From positions 1-55,901 of IMG/VR virus record IMGVR_UViG_3300014039_000007: a DNA stretch of 55,901 nucleotides; one strand, given 5' to 3'. How positions within the stretch are numbered: the first letter of the stretch is position 1; each line of letters begins with the position of its first letter. The DNA comes from a virus. The position numbers and the translations under genes were made by a program. Under the pieces are notes generated by a model. It was not told the DNA's origin, made no database searches, and saw only the letters and a list, made by a program, of their open reading frames with translations. Positions 34,114 to 42,244 of the stretch are shown piece by piece.

Positions 34114-35829
34114 ATGATTAAAATACATATCGGAGAGCCTGACAAGCTCTCCAACAGTATACTTGTTAAAAAATCAGCGTTCGTATCATTCAGTTATAAC
34201 CCGGACATTGTTTCGTTTATCAAACAGATGGGAACCCGAGTTTATAACCCAGATAATCATACATGGGAAATGCCGGTGAACAATATTATTTCTATTTGCA
34301 ACAAATTTGAAAACGAAGAAATTCAAATATCCGGTATTTATGAAAATTTACACAAGCAGGAATTTGAAGTTGATATTCCAAAAGACTTTGAATTTAAAAC
34401 AAAGCCATTTAGCCATCAGGTTGACGGAGTGAGATTTGGTTTGAATAAAAAGAAATTCCTACTTTGTGATGACCAGGGACTTGGAAAGACAAAACAGATT
34501 ATAGATTTTGTAGGATGTCTTGAAAAAACAGATACAATCAATAAAGTGCTTATTGTATGTGGTGTCAATTCATTAAAATATAACTGGCAGTCAGAAATTA
34601 GTATTCATTCAGACGAAAAAGGATGGGTTCTTGGTACACGTTTTAGAAAGACAGCTGGAAAAGCTTATGAAGGAAGTACAAAAGATAAGCTCGCAGACTT
34701 AGACAATCTTCCGGATTGCAGATACATTATAACAAATATTGAAACATTAAGAGCTGGAGCAGAAAAAATAAGCAAAAGTAAATATCATTTTCCAATTGCA
34801 GAAAAATTACAAGAATTATGTAAAAACGGAACAATCTCAGTAATTGCTTTTGACGAATGTCACAAATCAAAAGAACCTACTTCTTTACAAAGCAGGGCAA
34901 TGATAAATGTTACTGCAAAATATATGGTTGCAATGAGCGGAACACCACTCATGAATAACCCACTTGATTTATATTTTCCAATGAAATGGCTTGGATATGA
35001 AAATCATTCATTTTATCAGTTCAAGCAACATTATTGTACATTAGGAGGATGGGGCGGTTCGCAGGTTGTAGGTTATAAGAATTTGGAAGAAATTAGAACA
35101 ATGATGGATAATATCATGCTTAGAAGATTAAAGACAGATGTTCTTGACTTGCCGGAAAAGATTAGAAAGATTGAATATGTTGATATGACACCTAAGCAGA
35201 ATCAAATCTATAAGGAAGTATATAATGGAGTTATGTCAGAATTACAGAAGATTAAATTCTCAAATAATCCGCTTTCTATGATGATTAGATTAAGACAAGC
35301 AACTGGGTGGACTGGTGTATTATCACAAACAGTTCAAGAATCTGCTAAAATGGATAGAATGATTGAGTTAGTGCATGAAATTGTTGCAAGCGAACAAAAA
35401 GCTATTATTTTTAGTAATTGGGAATCAATGACAGAAGTTGCAAAAGAGAAATTAAAATCTTATAATCCAGCTTATATCACAGGTGCAACTAAAGCAGAAG
35501 AAAGAATGAAAGAAGTTGATAGGTTTCAAAATGATGATAAATGTAGGGTGATAATTGGTACTATTGGAGCGATGGGTACTGGACTTACATTGACCTCCGC
35601 ACAGAATGTTATTTTTTTAGATTCACCTTGGAATATGGCTCTTAAAGCACAGGCAGAAGATAGAGCTCATAGAATTGGAACAAAGGGAACAGTATCTGTA
35701 ATTACATTATGCTGTCGTGATACCATTGATGAACGTATAGAAGAATTAGTACAAAAGAAAGGACAGATTGCAGATGCATTAGTAGATGGAAAAGTAAGTA
35801 TAGAAGACATCAATTATCTTCTATCTTAA
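34114..35829 (+). CDS. SNF2-family helicase
   Basis: DDQGLGKT, FDECHKSK, helicase-C motifs (GTGLTLT, QAEDRAHRIG). Confidence 0.85.
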   Translation: MIKIHIGEPDKLSNSILVKKSAFVSFSYNPDIVSFIKQMGTRVYNPDNHTWEMPVNNIISICNKFENEEIQISGIYENLHKQEFEVDIPKDFEFKTKPFSHQVDGVRFGLNKKKFLLCDDQGLGKTKQIIDFVGCLEKTDTINKVLIVCGVNSLKYNWQSEISIHSDEKGWVLGTRFRKTAGKAYEGSTKDKLADLDNLPDCRYIITNIETLRAGAEKISKSKYHFPIAEKLQELCKNGTISVIAFDECHKSKEPTSLQSRAMINVTAKYMVAMSGTPLMNNPLDLYFPMKWLGYENHSFYQFKQHYCTLGGWGGSQVVGYKNLEEIRTMMDNIMLRRLKTDVLDLPEKIRKIEYVDMTPKQNQIYKEVYNGVMSELQKIKFSNNPLSMMIRLRQATGWTGVLSQTVQESAKMDRMIELVHEIVASEQKAIIFSNWESMTEVAKEKLKSYNPAYITGATKAEERMKEVDRFQNDDKCRVIIGTIGAMGTGLTLTSAQNVIFLDSPWNMALKAQAEDRAHRIGTKGTVSVITLCCRDTIDERIEELVQKKGQIADALVDGKVSIEDINYLLS

Positions 35830-35837
35830 AAAATGAC

Positions 35838-35866
35838 TTGACATATGTATTTATATGTGTTACAAT
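35838..35866 (+). promoter_or_regulatory. early promoter copy P4 (variant spacer, still palindromic)
   Basis: TTGACA 35838-43, TACAAT 35861-66. Confidence 0.7.
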
Positions 35867-35908
35867 ACAACAAAATGATGCGTATATAATTTTTGGAGGA
35901 TTAAAAAA

Positions 35909-36133
35909 ATGAAAATTTACAAAGTATTTAAAAGTTCACATAAAATATTAGCTTATGTGAAAATAAGTGGGGATGTGTGTAAAATGATATCTGACACATC
36001 CTATGCCGCTTTACAATTAGTCAGATACAATTATAACGATGATGGTATTAACGGAACACAGTTGGTTGATATAGATGAACCACTTGAAGCTGGTGTTCCT
36101 GTATTTACAATATTAAATGGTGAAAGGAGGTGA
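35909..36133 (+). CDS. hypothetical protein (74 aa)
   Basis: ORF track. GGAGGA RBS. Confidence 0.5.
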   Translation: MKIYKVFKSSHKILAYVKISGDVCKMISDTSYAALQLVRYNYNDDGINGTQLVDIDEPLEAGVPVFTILNGERR

Positions 36134-36140
36134 ATATAAA

Positions 36141-36440
36141 GTGGAATTATTTTCAACATCGAGAGCCGCACAGATACTGGATGTATCAACAGTAACTCTA
36201 AAGCGTTGGTACAAGTGGTACGAAGATGATAGTTACACTAAGCCTGAGGGCTTGAAACTACCACAGTACACTACTGATAATCGGGGAACAAAGTTTTTCA
36301 CCCTAGAGCAAGTGCAAGAATTACATGCTTTTCAGCAAAATTTAAAAACGATATATCGAGGGTGTATGTCAGAGTTTAATGCGGCTTATCAGTGGGGCAA
36401 ACGTGGCACAGAAATATTAATGAGAAAGGAAAGTGAATAG
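36141..36440 (+). CDS. MerR/excisionase-type HTH DNA-binding protein
   Basis: GTG 36141 lies 8 nt after AAAGGAGGTG. STSRAAQILDVSTVTLKRWYK. Confidence 0.55.
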   Translation: MELFSTSRAAQILDVSTVTLKRWYKWYEDDSYTKPEGLKLPQYTTDNRGTKFFTLEQVQELHAFQQNLKTIYRGCMSEFNAAYQWGKRGTEILMRKESE

Positions 36441-36441
36441 A

Positions 36442-36846
36442 ATGAGTAGAAGAGACAGTTTTAATTTGGCAAAAACAATTGACGAATACAAGGAATCCAA
36501 AGACCGGGAGAATGCATTGAAAAAAGTAAATGGTGCATTAAATGAATCAATTAAAGACTATATGCATGAGCATAATATGACACAAGCTGATTCAGATAAG
36601 TATACTGCCATTTTATCAATTACAGAAAAGCAGAGCCTGAATGAAGAACTTGCTATTGAGATTATCAAAGAAAATCTTAGTGGAGCTTTACTAGCTTCTG
36701 TCATTAAGCAAAAAGAATACATTGATGAAGATGCATTGGAGAAGTTGGTGTATAATGGTGACTTTGATATTAATAAGCTGACAAAAGCCAAAATCACCAA
36801 ACCAGTCAGCACTCTACGAATCACCAAAAGAAAGGATGTTAAATAA
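36442..36846 (+). CDS. hypothetical coiled-coil protein (possibly Gp157-like)
   Basis: ORF track, in-frame ATG 36442. Confidence 0.4.
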   Translation: MSRRDSFNLAKTIDEYKESKDRENALKKVNGALNESIKDYMHEHNMTQADSDKYTAILSITEKQSLNEELAIEIIKENLSGALLASVIKQKEYIDEDALEKLVYNGDFDINKLTKAKITKPVSTLRITKRKDVK

Positions 36847-37064
36847 TGATAATATGTGATAAATGCGGTAGTAGTCATATTTCTGTAGTATATAACACAT
36901 ACGCACAATCTAAAAGCAGAAGCTTCATTTGGAATACATTAATGATTTGCTGTACGTGTGGTCTTTGGTTAATATGGGCTCTTGTTAGAAAGAAGAAAGA
37001 GAAAATTATACACGAAAAAATATGTGTATGTCAAAATTGTGGTAATTCATGGAAAATATGTTAA
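36846..37064 (+). CDS. zinc-ribbon membrane protein (72 aa)
   Basis: CDKCG...CQNCG flanking a TM segment. Confidence 0.45.
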   Translation: MIICDKCGSSHISVVYNTYAQSKSRSFIWNTLMICCTCGLWLIWALVRKKKEKIIHEKICVCQNCGNSWKIC

Positions 37065-37086
37065 TGAATAAAGGAGGATGTTTAAA

Positions 37087-37680
37087 ATGGTAAAATGTAA
37101 ATGGGCAGGAGATGTAAATGACGAATACTGCAAGTGCTGTGACGGAATTACAATGGAAGTAGATGGAAATTCTATTTCATGTACAGAATGTGCAGGATAT
37201 GAGGCTGGGGAAGAAGATGCTATTTCTGATGATGTAGACATGACACCTACTGAAGCAGATAAAAGAGTTGTGGATGAAGCGGCTAAAAAGTTGAATAAAG
37301 ATTCATCTGAAGAAGAAACAGAACCTGCTGACACACAACAGAACGTCGAAATCAAGCCAAAAACAACAAAGACAACAACTACTAAGGGTGCGATTAAAAA
37401 ACCGCAAAATAAAAAGGCTACAACTGTATCTAAAGTGAAAGAAGAAAAGAAGTCAGTTGAATCTGGTGAAGAAGTGGATGGTGAGTTCAAGGTCACTTCA
37501 ATGCGATACACTTCCGGAGCAACCATTAAAAAGGGAGATAATTATTTTAAGTTTATCGCAGAAGAGGAATGGGATGTATCACATGCAAAACAAGATGTAC
37601 AGGATATACGAGAGCAGTTATGGGCTAAATTAAATGTCGAAGTAGATTCACAGATTGAAGAATTAAACAATATGGAATAA
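37087..37680 (+). CDS. hypothetical protein with N-terminal Cys4 motif and acidic then K/T-rich linker
   Basis: AAAGGAGG lies 10 nt before ATG 37087, in frame with track ORF 37078. Confidence 0.5.
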   Translation: MVKCKWAGDVNDEYCKCCDGITMEVDGNSISCTECAGYEAGEEDAISDDVDMTPTEADKRVVDEAAKKLNKDSSEEETEPADTQQNVEIKPKTTKTTTTKGAIKKPQNKKATTVSKVKEEKKSVESGEEVDGEFKVTSMRYTSGATIKKGDNYFKFIAEEEWDVSHAKQDVQDIREQLWAKLNVEVDSQIEELNNME

Positions 37681-37688
37681 AATATATG

Positions 37689-37717
37689 TTGTAATTCGAT
37701 TTAGGTTGTGTTATAAT
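37689..37717 (+). promoter_or_regulatory. promoter (TTGTAA-17-TATAAT, TG-extended) driving the structured leader
   Basis: TTGTAA 37689-94, TGTTATAAT ending at 37717. Confidence 0.6.
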
Positions 37718-37720
37718 ATA

Positions 37721-37863
37721 GTTGCGGATAAGAAATAATGAATTTAATAAAGATGACAATAATCCTTGTTATATGTGGGTGTACCTTTGTACACAACCAA
37801 ACTATATTTCTTGTCCGCAACTTGAAATTTTAGAGGTACACCGACATATAACAAGGATTTTTT
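37721..37863 (+). ncRNA. structured leader RNA with interleaved 17-bp (A/A') and 24-bp (B/B') helices and a U-tract
   Basis: A 37721-37 pairs with A' 37805-21 (one G-U). B 37761-85 pairs with B' 37835-59 (one G-G mismatch). T6 at 37858-63. Confidence 0.5.
37738..37833 (+). CDS. 31-codon hydrophobic ORF inside the structured leader
   Basis: MNLIKMTIILVICGCTFVHNQTIFLVRNLKF*. Weak SD lying inside helix A. Confidence 0.3.
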   Translation: MNLIKMTIILVICGCTFVHNQTIFLVRNLKF

Positions 37864-37879
37864 AATTGAAAGGAGAAAT

Positions 37880-38713
37880 ATGATAAAGAACGAAAACCAT
37901 ATAACAATTCAAGGGTGGATGGTTAATGAATTAAATCTAAAAGGAAATTCTTTAATCATATATTCAATAATTTATGGATTTTCACAAACAGAGGATTGTA
38001 AATTCACAGGAAGTGCAAGTTATTTAGCTGAATGGTGTGGATGCTCAAGGCAAACCGTATTGACAAATCTTAATAAACTTGTGGAAGATAATTTAATAAT
38101 AAAGCATGAAGAATTTAGAAACAATGTGAAGTTTTGCTCATATAGTGTTAATTTGACGGGATGTAAAAATTCTTTACAGGGGGATGTAAAAATTCTTTAC
38201 AGGGGGATGTCAAAAAATTTGACAGGGGGATGTCAAAATTCTTTACACAATAATATAGATAAAAACAATAGAATTAAAAATATAGATGATAATATAGATA
38301 AGAAAAATACTAAAAAGAAATCTAAAATTGATACTAAAATCGAACTTATAGAGAAGAAATGTTTAGAGTATGATTTAGAAGATGACGTTATAGAACTTTT
38401 AAGTAGATTTTTTAGAAATCTTTTAGAAAATCATAAAATGGTTACAGAGGATAAGATAAATGCAATTTTAACAAAATTGGCAAAAGTAAATACAAAAACT
38501 CAAATATCAGCAATCAAGCTATCTCTTGATAATGGATATATGAATATAGACCCGGAATGGCTACAGAACAAAAACATTTCATATGATGGTAGTGGTAAAT
38601 GTTCAAAAGAACTAGCATGGCGAACACATGAAGAAATGCAAGAAGCAGAAGAGAAAAGACAAGAGTTTTTTGAAAAAGTAAAAAATAATGACCCATCAAT
38701 ACATCATTTTTAA
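37880..38713 (+). CDS. replisome organizer / replication initiator (winged-helix N-terminus)
   Basis: N-terminal wHTH-like YLAEWCGCSRQTVLTNLNKLVEDNLI. Iterons embedded in the gene. Helicase loader and DnaB lie downstream. Confidence 0.65.
   Translation: MIKNENHITIQGWMVNELNLKGNSLIIYSIIYGFSQTEDCKFTGSASYLAEWCGCSRQTVLTNLNKLVEDNLIIKHEEFRNNVKFCSYSVNLTGCKNSLQGDVKILYRGMSKNLTGGCQNSLHNNIDKNNRIKNIDDNIDKKNTKKKSKIDTKIELIEKKCLEYDLEDDVIELLSRFFRNLLENHKMVTEDKINAILTKLAKVNTKTQISAIKLSLDNGYMNIDPEWLQNKNISYDGSGKCSKELAWRTHEEMQEAEEKRQEFFEKVKNNDPSIHHF
38158..38248. repeat. origin iterons: four tandem 22-23-bp repeats, each containing an inverted repeat
   Basis: GGGATGTAAAAATTCTTTACAGG x2, GGGATGTCAAAAAATTTGACAGG, GGGATGTCAAAATTCTTTACAC. 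AT-rich tract 38249-38345 follows. Confidence 0.8.
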
Positions 38714-38727
38714 AGGAGAAATATAAA

Positions 38728-39072
38728 ATGGCATATACAGGAACATATAAAGCTAAAGATGAATCTTATTTTAAGGAATTGATATTAAACTTCATTCCAA
38801 CAGAACCAAACAATACGAACTCAAAGCAGTTAGCAGAGTATATTGGATTAAATGCAAGAGATGTCAGATTGATTATACAGAAATTAAGAGATGATGGATA
38901 CCCTATATGCGGCACTCCGTATAACGGATACTGGATGGCAAGAACAAGCTGGGATATGAATGAAACTATGAAGAAATTACAAAATCATATAGATTCTTGT
39001 CAGATGACACTTGACGCTCTGATGGAATGTCAAAGAAAACTAAGGGAGAGTGAAAATCTTGAAGTTAAATGA
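38728..39072 (+). CDS. winged-helix DNA-binding protein
   Basis: KQLAEYIGLNARDVRLIIQKLRDDGYPI. Confidence 0.45.
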   Translation: MAYTGTYKAKDESYFKELILNFIPTEPNNTNSKQLAEYIGLNARDVRLIIQKLRDDGYPICGTPYNGYWMARTSWDMNETMKKLQNHIDSCQMTLDALMECQRKLRESENLEVK

Positions 39073-39721
39073 TTGCTGGTATAAGAGAATATGCACCGAA
39101 CAATGTTCCGAAAACTGCATACGCTATAAGTTGATGTATTCATTATTTAAGCAATCCAATCTCCCGGAAGCTTTGTGGAATTATAAAGAGCTTGTGTGTC
39201 ACGAAAAAGACTTGCAAAGTTATAAGCAACTACAAGCAAAATCAGATGTGATTTTAAATTTTATTGAGGCAGGCAATAATTTATACATCTATTCAGAAAA
39301 CTGTGGAAATGGCAAGACAACATGGGCTATTAGATTGATGTATTCATATTTTGACAAGATATGGCATAAGAGTTGCTTTGATTGTAAAGCATTATTTGTT
39401 AGTGTTCCAAAATTCTTATATAACTGCAAGCGTTCAATATCACAGGATGTAAAAGGCTTTGAGGAACTGTGCAATCTTATTAGCGAAGTTGACCTTGTTA
39501 TATGGGATGATATTGGTGAAATGAAAGCAAGTGATTATGAACATCAAATACTATTTCAGTATATTGATGACAGAATTAATTCAAAGAAAAGCAATATATA
39601 CACAAGTAACAAGAGCAAGGAACAGCTTGAAGATGTACTTGGTGTAAGACTTGCAAGTCGAATCTATAACTGCTCGAAGTGTATAGAATTTAGAGAAGAA
39701 GATAAGAGAGGTAAGTATTGA
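39050..39721 (+). CDS. DnaC/IstB-like AAA+ helicase loader
   Basis: Walker A ENCGNGKTT and Walker B LVIWDDIG. Confidence 0.7.
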   Translation: MKILKLNDCWYKRICTEQCSENCIRYKLMYSLFKQSNLPEALWNYKELVCHEKDLQSYKQLQAKSDVILNFIEAGNNLYIYSENCGNGKTTWAIRLMYSYFDKIWHKSCFDCKALFVSVPKFLYNCKRSISQDVKGFEELCNLISEVDLVIWDDIGEMKASDYEHQILFQYIDDRINSKKSNIYTSNKSKEQLEDVLGVRLASRIYNCSKCIEFREEDKRGKY

Positions 39722-40992
39722 TGGTGGAATTACAAATAATCAATAAGATTCTAAAGGATAAAAATACTTCTCTTTTAGAATTAAACGACATCACAAGAGA
39801 ATATTTCAATCAATATCAAGAAGAATACGACTACATAATGGAACATAAGCAGGAATATGGAAATGTTCCAGATTTAGAAACATTTATAGCAAAGTTTCAA
39901 GATTTTGATGTAGTTAATGTTTCTGAAAGCACTGAATATCTTGTGAATACATTTAGAGAGGAATATTTATATTCTCAATCTGTTCCGGTACTCACAAAGA
40001 TGGCAGAACTTTTGCAAACAAACGCATATTCAGCAGTGGATTATCTTAAATCAAAGTTGCCAGAATTAAAGATTGATGGTGCAGTAAAAGGAACGGATAT
40101 TATATCGCAAGCAAATGAGAGACTTGAAGAATGGAAAGAGACGAGAGATAATCAAGATACACACTTTATAGCAAGCGGATTTGAAGAGATTGACGAAGAT
40201 TTAGGAGGCTGGCATAGAGGTGAAGAGCTTGTAGTTTTATTTGCAAGAACCGGACAAGGTAAGTCTTGGGTACTTATAAAAATGTTGGAACATGCCTGGA
40301 AAGTATATCATGCAAGGGTTGGACTGTTGGAGCCTGAAATGTCTGCAAGTAAGACAGGTTATAGATTTGATACAGTACATCAGCATATATCATCTAAGGC
40401 ACTATATAAGGGCGAAGATGTACAGGGATATGAAAAATATATAAATAAATTAACTGATGATGGAACACCATTCTATGTTGCTCATCCACGAGATTTTCAA
40501 AAGAAAGTAACAGTATCAAAGTTGAAAAGCTGGTGTGAGTCAAACAAATTGGATATACTTGCAATAGATGGTATATCTTACTTACAAGATGAACGAGGAA
40601 AAAGGGGTGATAATAAGACAACACAGTTGACGAACATATCTGAAGATTTAATGCAGTTGAGCATCGACTTAAAAATCCCAGTGCTGGTTGTTGTGCAATC
40701 AAACAGAGAGGGAGTGCATAATGAAGATTTACAGCTCGATAACATTAGGGATTCAGATGGAATAGCTTATAACGCTTCAATCGTTCTTTCAATTCAGCAA
40801 AAAGAAGAAGGCTTGCAAATACAGAATGTAAAGGCAAGAAATTCAAAAGTTGGAATCAAGTGGGTATATGCTTGGGATACGGATAGAGGAACATTTGACT
40901 ATATCCCACAGCCTGCGAAAGGAAAAGAAGATGAAGAAAAGAGTGAAGATTTAAGAAGAAGATACCATGATAAAGAAAGTGAGGAATATTAA
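39718..40992 (+). CDS. dnaB: replicative DNA helicase (DnaB-like)
   Basis: ARTGQGKSW and ILAIDGISYLQDERG. 424 aa. Confidence 0.85.
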   Translation: MMVELQIINKILKDKNTSLLELNDITREYFNQYQEEYDYIMEHKQEYGNVPDLETFIAKFQDFDVVNVSESTEYLVNTFREEYLYSQSVPVLTKMAELLQTNAYSAVDYLKSKLPELKIDGAVKGTDIISQANERLEEWKETRDNQDTHFIASGFEEIDEDLGGWHRGEELVVLFARTGQGKSWVLIKMLEHAWKVYHARVGLLEPEMSASKTGYRFDTVHQHISSKALYKGEDVQGYEKYINKLTDDGTPFYVAHPRDFQKKVTVSKLKSWCESNKLDILAIDGISYLQDERGKRGDNKTTQLTNISEDLMQLSIDLKIPVLVVVQSNREGVHNEDLQLDNIRDSDGIAYNASIVLSIQQKEEGLQIQNVKARNSKVGIKWVYAWDTDRGTFDYIPQPAKGKEDEEKSEDLRRRYHDKESEEY

Positions 40993-42005
40993 ATGGATTT
41001 AATAGAATTATTGAATCAAGAACCATCAGTAATCCCAAAAAATGCTACAGTTTTGGATAATTTTGTAAAGGCATATTCAATTATAAACAGACCACAATAC
41101 AAGACTATTTTCTGCTCAATTTCAGGCGGAAGTGATAGTGATGTTATGATGGATATTATATACAAAGTAGATGTGAATAAGAAAGTAACCTATGTATGGT
41201 TTGATACAGGGCTTGAATATGAAGCTACAAAAAGACATATTGAATATCTGGAAAAGAAGTATAATGTAAAAATCATGAGAGAGAGAGAGCTATTAAGCCT
41301 ATTCCTACAACTTGCAAGGAATATGGTCAACCGTTTTTATCCAAGGATATCTCACATTATATAGAACGATTACAAAAGAAAAATTTTGATTTTAAGGATT
41401 ATACTTATGATTATATGTTGGAGCATTTTGGAAGGCACATTGCGGAGTGGTGGTGTAATTGCAAAGTGCTTGATAGATTTAATATAGAAAGAAATTTGTA
41501 TTTGAAAGAATTTTTAATTGCACATCCCCCAAAATTTAGAATATCAAATAAATGTTGTAAGTTTGCAAAGAAAGATGTTTCTAACTCACTTATTAAAAAG
41601 TATAATGTAGATTTAATGATTATTGGTGTAAGAAAGGCAGAAGGTGGAATAAGAGCTACAGTTTATGAAAATTGTTTTTCAGAAGAATTACATGGAGCCG
41701 CACAATATAGACCTTTATGGTGGTACAATAATGAGGATAAAAAAGATTATGAAGATTATTGTGGAATCGTTCATAGCGACTGCTATAATATATATGGCTT
41801 CAAGCGGACGGGATGTTGTTGCTGTCCTTATGGCTGGGTTCACAATGAATTATTAAAAGGGTTGGAAGCAATAAGAATAAATGAACCAAAACTATATAAA
41901 GCAGTAAATACTATATTCAAAGATAGTTATGAATACACAAAGCAATACTTACAGTTTAGAAAGGAAATGAAAGACAAAGAAAAAGGAAGGAAAAGATTGT
42001 TTTAA
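40993..42005 (+). pseudogene. PAPS reductase-family PP-loop protein, frame broken in a (GA)6 run
   Basis: SISGGSDSD PP-loop. After the GA run at 41277..41289 the sense continues in frame +2 (AIKPIPTTCKEYGQPFLSKDISHYIERLQKK... into track ORF 41415..42005, with a CCCC cluster). Confidence 0.7.
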
Positions 42006-42019
42006 AGGAGGAATATTAA

Positions 42020-42127
42020 ATGGCTATATATTATATTAAAGATATGTATGGTGATTATGTAGGAAAAGGTTCTTATACAGTGCAAGGAATACCTTATAAG
42101 GTAGTTGGAAAAAATGGAAGATGCTAG
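42020..42127 (+). CDS. small ORF (35 aa), apparently truncated after an A6 run
   Basis: AAAGGAGG RBS. Sense continues in frame +1 to 42227 (DARCFKTYEATKNALYKMSQKYEN...). Confidence 0.4.
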   Translation: MAIYYIKDMYGDYVGKGSYTVQGIPYKVVGKNGRC

Positions 42128-42244
42128 ATGTTTTAAAACATACGAAGCGACTAAAAATGCTTTATATAAAATGTCGCAAAAATATGAGAATATAGACAAT
42201 ACTTATTTTATTGTAAATATTAATTAGTGTAATCATATAGAAAG

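Noticed and set aside
37047-37526. 159-aa minus-strand ORF antisense to 37087..37680. The same applies to other minus-strand track ORFs: 795..1007, 1043..1336, 3566..3961, 6471..6719, 9291..9596, 21732..22115, 32726..33058 and 33120..33392.
   Set aside because: Each lies fully inside or opposite a better-supported + strand gene, lacks an RBS and has an odd composition. They are typical shadow ORFs of an AT-rich genome.
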